A stretch of DNA of 64,000 bases from Gammaproteobacteria bacterium. GTDB lineage: Bacteria; Pseudomonadota; Gammaproteobacteria; Eutrophobiales; Eutrophobiaceae. The stretch is taken from positions 2,272,001-2,336,000 of the forward strand of contig OZ244905.1 of the NCBI GenBank assembly GCA_965221695.1, written 5' to 3'. Under the pieces are notes generated by a model. The model was not told the DNA's origin. It worked only from the letters and a program-made list of their open reading frames with translations, and ran no database searches. Shown here one piece after another: positions 62,301 through 64,000 of the stretch. Each line of letters starts with the position of its first letter. Position 1 is the first letter of the stretch. The position numbers were made by a program, and so were the translations under genes.

Positions 62301-64000
62301 CGAGACAACACCCCCGCCGCCACCGCCACCGCCGCCGCCACCAAACAATGCGCCGGTCCTGCTGATGTCGGCCGGTGATCAGATATTGTTGGTGGATGAG
62401 AACCGGACTCTGGATATCATGGGCTTGTTTAACGACAGCGACGGCGATGTGCTGATCTACACGGCAACAACCGATGCCTCATCGATCGTGGCGGTGAATG
62501 TGGATTCGGCAGAGCGTTTGACCTTGACCGGCGTCGCGCTTGGCGAGACGAATGTCACGATAACAGTCTCAGACGGGCGCGGTGGCACGGCGAGCGACAC
62601 CTTCAAGGTAACGGTGGCGCCGCCGAATGAGGCGCCGGTGGTGGCAACGCCGCTGTCTGACCTGACGCTGGTAGTGGACCAGACGCAGCAGGTTGATGTG
62701 AGCGGCGCGTTCAGTGATGCAGACGGCGATGCGCTGACGTATACGGCAGTGTCTGCCGACGAGACGGTGGTCACGGTGACAGTAACCGGCAGCGCCCTGA
62801 CTTTAACCGGCGTATCTGTCGGTGCGGCGACCATCACGGTGACTGCGGATGACGGACGCGGCACGGCGAGCGACCTGTTCACGGTGACGGTCGCGTTGTC
62901 TAACGAGGCGCCGGAAGTGGCGACGCCGTTGTCTGACCAAACGCTTGACGTAGACCAGACGCAGCAGGTTGATATCAGCGCTACCTTTACCGATGCGGAC
63001 GGTGATGCGCTGACGTATACGGCGGTGTCTGCTGATACGTCCGTCGTCACGGTAGCGATAACCGGCGCTACCCTGACCCTGACCGGTACATCCGCCGGCG
63101 ATACGACTGTCACAGTGACCGCTGATGACGGGCGCGGCGGCACGGTGAGTGACCGGTTTGCCGTCACGGTCGTGATGCCGAACCGGGCGCCGGCCGTAGA
63201 CATGCCGCTGTCTGACCAGGGGATTGACGTAGACCAGGTCCAACAGGTTGACGTTAGCAATGCCTTCACCGATGCGGACGGCGATACGCTGACGTATACG
63301 GCGGTGTCGGATGATGAGACTATCGTAACGGTTACCCTGTCAGGCAGCGACCTGACCCTGACCGGTGTGTCGGTGGGCGTTGCAAACGTTACGGTAACGG
63401 CCGCAGATGAGACAGGCGAAGCCGTGAGTGATACGTTTGCGGTAACGGTAAGCGAGGCGCCGATTGATGCGGTACAGGTGACGGATGTACATGAAGACCT
63501 GTTGCCGCATTTGACCCTGTCGGTAATCGGACGCACCACGCAGGCGCTCAGTGATCGGATCAGCTCGGTACGTTCCGGGGCAGGTCAAACAAGCACGATA
63601 TTGGGCCGTTCTGTGAAGCCGTCGCCGAGCACGGAACCAGGGCAGCCTACTGCATATGGAGCAGAGTCCGGGTTACCGCTGCTGGATATGGAGGCGCTGC
63701 CTGAGGAAGAGGAAGCATTACCTGACCTTGGCGCCGGGGCAGAGACGCTGATCGGGATCGAGTCCGGGTCACTATTGTCTGGCACAACGAGTCGGGTCGG
63801 CCCGTCTGCGGGCGAGACCGGGCAGCCATTATCAGGCAATGAAGAACGACCGGCGCTGTCTGGCATAACACAGACATTCGGGCACAGCACACAGGCATTG
63901 CCGGGTACGGAGAGCCGGGTGGATCCGACCCTGGGCGGGTCCCGGACCGGCGGACGGACACAGAGAGCGCCGGATGTGTTCGATGTCTTTGACACGCCGG
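53371..64000 (+). CDS. Giant modular surface protein/adhesin (>3500 codons, 3'-truncated by window): signal peptide, about 14 FN3, 3 unknown domains, 4 He_PIG-type Ig, 3 cadherin-like, poly-Pro, further Ig-like repeats; probably an autotransporter
   Basis: Frame +1 appears open from TTG 53371 (SD GAGGGG 53358-53363) to the window end; signal peptide ...LLAVSASAQA; repeated P.AP..L.A..G...V.L.W...ITKYQ..GLTNGT.Y.F.IRAVN FN3 motifs; absent from the ORF track because it has no stop. Confidence 0.9.
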   Translation, partial: MIFRKPLRFFQAVPAVCLGLACLLAVSASAQAQQARTLTFTFSDDGSTVSIDAAGSLDFSASGSLPDSTIGIEDAIYFDDTDIWAIGADSSGLNSLMGQYQLSGLTTTVVEPFSGSPTAENLPNYSAEFFLRFSTFHNRMRVDPDNLTGTIYDPTGDRVTFTGTLQSTLGDNDFHIEHAFGNQKIVFKTAAPATVPPAAPTGLSAAPGDTEATLTWANPNDSSITKYQVRYGAGSTVPATATWGDISGSDDETTTHTVTGLTNTTQYAFEIRAVNVTGNSDASATVTTTPALAIPDAPTSLTATAGNAQVTLTWTNPTNASTLTNIQVRYKATADLPFNDNTDTWTDLAATTTTYTATGLTNGTGYTFAVRATNTAGNSTPATATATPTLPAPSAPTGLSAAAGDTQVTLNWTDPNDDTITKYQVRYGAGSTVPATATWGDITGSGATTISHDVTGLTNGTQYAFEIRAVNATGNSDASATVTTTPTAPTPVRTLTFTFSDDGATTTIAASGSLDMSGFTDVGDTVPQHVIYIKIDDTDELWAFHPASLSNGAPSRRYEDLPDFIKTGLSSYTGYTEILNLANYSNDFTILFNTYRKYMVVDKASLNGDIYNPTGKTVTYSGTVLDTLGDNDFHIELALGNQKIVYTATPPPAPAAPTNLSATAGDTEVTLNWANPNDSSITKYQFRQAQGATVPDSTAWTDITGSGATTTSHKVTGLTNTTQYAFQIRAVNANGDSDASGTVTATPALAVPAAPTEFSATAGNAQASLSWTLPTNASVIGDVQVRWKATADLPFNDATDTWTGLSDGTATSYIATGLTNGTGYTFEVRATNTAGNGAAATATATPAMPPAAPTGLAATAGDSTVTLNWTNPNDSNITTYQLRYGAGATVPATATWGDIAGTTSHTVTGLTNGTQYAFEIRAVNAGGPGPASEHVVMRPGPPLQPSGFQVVGGNAQVTLSWDDPPSDTTITRYQLRRKVGTSFSDSDTWSDIANSGPTITTHTVTGLTNGATWAFQIRAVNAAGAGPASETLTMLPRASNRAPVFRGAVFRSDGEVLSSSYRNARLTKGFSPRFSDPDGDELTFTWTTNPPQANIDVRIEGPGWSTVNPESQYLRYRATGPVERTTLTLTGTDPYGLSVSTSTVVTTSNTAPKAKSPPYPDQTLAVGNTLTVNLTDMFIDDEGDNIRLFLRTPDNGNNIDTTALDWGAISVLAHTPGEEVFSVTVKDIFGAEASDSFKVTVIAAAAKPTGLTAASGNGQAVLTWTDPGDSSITKYQLRHKAGTSFSNSDDSLWTDITGSGASTTSHTVTGLTSGTAYVFQVRALNAGGVGTPSDEAVLRLGAPLQPSGFRVLGGNAQVTLSWSDPSDATITRYQLRRKEGTSFSPSDDSLWADIANSGATTTTHTVSGLTNGTTWAFQVRAVNANGAGPASETLTMLPRANNRAPVLGGSVFGSDGVVLPSRYRNVRLTKGFGPRFSDPDGDELTFTWTANPPQANLDVLIAEPGYSDAYPDAHYLRYRATGAVERTTLTLTGTDPYGLSVSTSAVVTTSNTAPKAKSPPYPDQTLAVGNTLRVNLTDMFVDDEGDRIRLYLRTPDNGNNVNTRAIDWGAFRVIAHTPGEEAIEVTVDDIFRGEASDIFKVTVIAAAAKPAGFTATSGDTQAELAWTDPGDSGITKYQSRHKAGTSFSDGDDSLWTDIDDSGASTTSHTVTGLTNGTAYVFQIRAVNAGGPGAASDTTTATPVTDLMPDFGTATVADQSYVQNTQITTLNLPQATGGDGTLTYSLSPDAPDGLAFDAANRTLSGTPTTGQAATAYTYTATDADGDTASLTFNITVMALPDKPTGLTSVGTDAKVTLSWTNPGDATITKYQVRHAAAAFVPEETIWTDITGSGAGTTSHDVTGLTNGTRYAFEIRAVNAGGAGAAATIRGTPVMARTLTYTFSDDGATVTIAASGSVDLRGFDFNETSSLVPGGQQSIKIDASDSGASNVWAIQPPNDIWVRTYASLPNFVTTGRGSYEGSSSLSQMMGYSANFHIRFETSGNFLQLDDANLSGYIYEISDGVATFTGTLDGLLDDDFRVEHTIGNQKIVFTSAAPGALPNAPNLTAATAGDTQVELTWTDPGDASITKYQVRHGEGQTVPSSATWADITGSGATTTTHTVMGLTNGKAYAFEIRAVNASGYSDASNTVSATPLAKPSAPAGLAAAAGNAKATLTWTDPGNASITKYQVRYGAGSSVPATANWEDIPGSGATTVRHEVTGLTNGTQYAFEIRAVNASGGSDASDTVTATPASGVPSFGDQTVDDQNYILNTAIATLTLPAATSDEVPLTYSLTPNAPAGLAFDATNRSLTGTPTAVQSETAYTYTATDSDGDAVSLTFNITIAANEMPDFGTATVADQSYTQNTAITTLNLPAATGGDGTLTYTLTPDAPAGLTFDAANRRLTGTPTGTQAATAYTYTATDADGDTASLTFNITITALPVPSAPTDLAAAAGNAQATLTWTDPGNDSITKYQVRYGEGATVPSTATWADIPGSGATTVRHEVTGLTNGTEHAFEVRAVNASGEGAAAGPVTATPAADTTPSFGTATVADQSYTQNTVVTTLNLPAATGGDAPLTYTLTPTPPAGLTFDASARTLTGTPTTAQTAAEYTYKVTDNDGDAAELKFNIRVAANLTLTGLADATVNENVAHTDAATLTNAIGAVTWSLGGTDGGLFRLTATSAAGATVNLAGQDYENPADDGANNTYVYTLTATDSDGNSVTSDPYTVTVSDVNETANLTLTGLADATVNENVAHTDAATLTNAIGAVTWSLGGTDGGLFRLTATSAAGATVNLAGQDYENPADDGANNTYVYTLTATDSDGNSVTSDPYTVTVSDVNETANLTLTGLADATVNENVAHTDAATLANAIGAVTWSLGGTDGGLFRLTATSATGATVNLAGQDYENPADDGANNTYVYTLTATDSDGNSVTSDPYTVTVDDVDETTPPPPPPPPPPPNNAPVLLMSAGDQILLVDENRTLDIMGLFNDSDGDVLIYTATTDASSIVAVNVDSAERLTLTGVALGETNVTITVSDGRGGTASDTFKVTVAPPNEAPVVATPLSDLTLVVDQTQQVDVSGAFSDADGDALTYTAVSADETVVTVTVTGSALTLTGVSVGAATITVTADDGRGTASDLFTVTVALSNEAPEVATPLSDQTLDVDQTQQVDISATFTDADGDALTYTAVSADTSVVTVAITGATLTLTGTSAGDTTVTVTADDGRGGTVSDRFAVTVVMPNRAPAVDMPLSDQGIDVDQVQQVDVSNAFTDADGDTLTYTAVSDDETIVTVTLSGSDLTLTGVSVGVANVTVTAADETGEAVSDTFAVTVSEAPIDAVQVTDVHEDLLPHLTLSVIGRTTQALSDRISSVRSGAGQTSTILGRSVKPSPSTEPGQPTAYGAESGLPLLDMEALPEEEEALPDLGAGAETLIGIESGSLLSGTTSRVGPSAGETGQPLSGNEERPALSGITQTFGHSTQALPGTESRVDPTLGGSRTGGRTQRAPDVFDVFDTP
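56190..58600 (+). repeat. Intragenic tandem duplication with period about 1206 bp
   Basis: AACACCGCCCC at 56815 and 58021; the FN3 + two Ig-like + FN3 block is repeated. Confidence 0.85.
61372..62305 (+). repeat. Three near-identical 312-bp intragenic repeats (104-aa cadherin-like domain)
   Basis: GCGAACCTGACGCTGACGGGCC at 61372, 61684 and 61996; DYENPADDGANNTY and V.V.DVNE cadherin motifs. Confidence 0.93.

Overview
This is chromosomal DNA from a gammaproteobacterium. The giant FN3/Ig adhesin, TonB receptors and many toxin-antitoxin relics suggest a marine, possibly host-associated lineage (inference). The core blocks are accB-accC-DUF3426-fis-purH-purD, hisBH, hemF, dtd-rpiA, ilvA, zapA/6S RNA, pepP-ubiH/ubiI(fused)-glnS-purC-rhomboid-madLM-matB, the tkt-gap-pgk-pyk-fba operon and etfBA. 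Accessory content includes a TonB receptor/amidohydrolase/AraC module and a decayed defence/TA island (about 28.9-33.1 kb). That island holds a DUF1524 relic, a PIN gene, DUF433 with a dead DUF5615 toxin, an IS21-type MITE, a higA relic, an intact IS3 with GCT target duplication, higBA and a truncated vapC. There is also a TcmP + DUF5131 pair and an LLM oxidoreductase facing a second TonB receptor. The window ends in a >3500-codon modular surface protein that the ORF track misses because it has no stop inside the window. Two non-coding repeat families are scattered through intergenic DNA. One is a ~125-bp multi-hairpin unit with a dRS3-like ATTCCC-N8-GGGAAT core, found at five loci and showing compensatory base changes. 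The other is a short TA-flanked MITE family. The main oddities are these arrays, a triplicated variable ~155-aa domain in the adhesin, the UbiH-UbiI fusion, an apparent ATT start on tkt, an antisense gene inside the glycolysis operon, and repeats sitting where conserved genes (dusB, ygfB) are missing.
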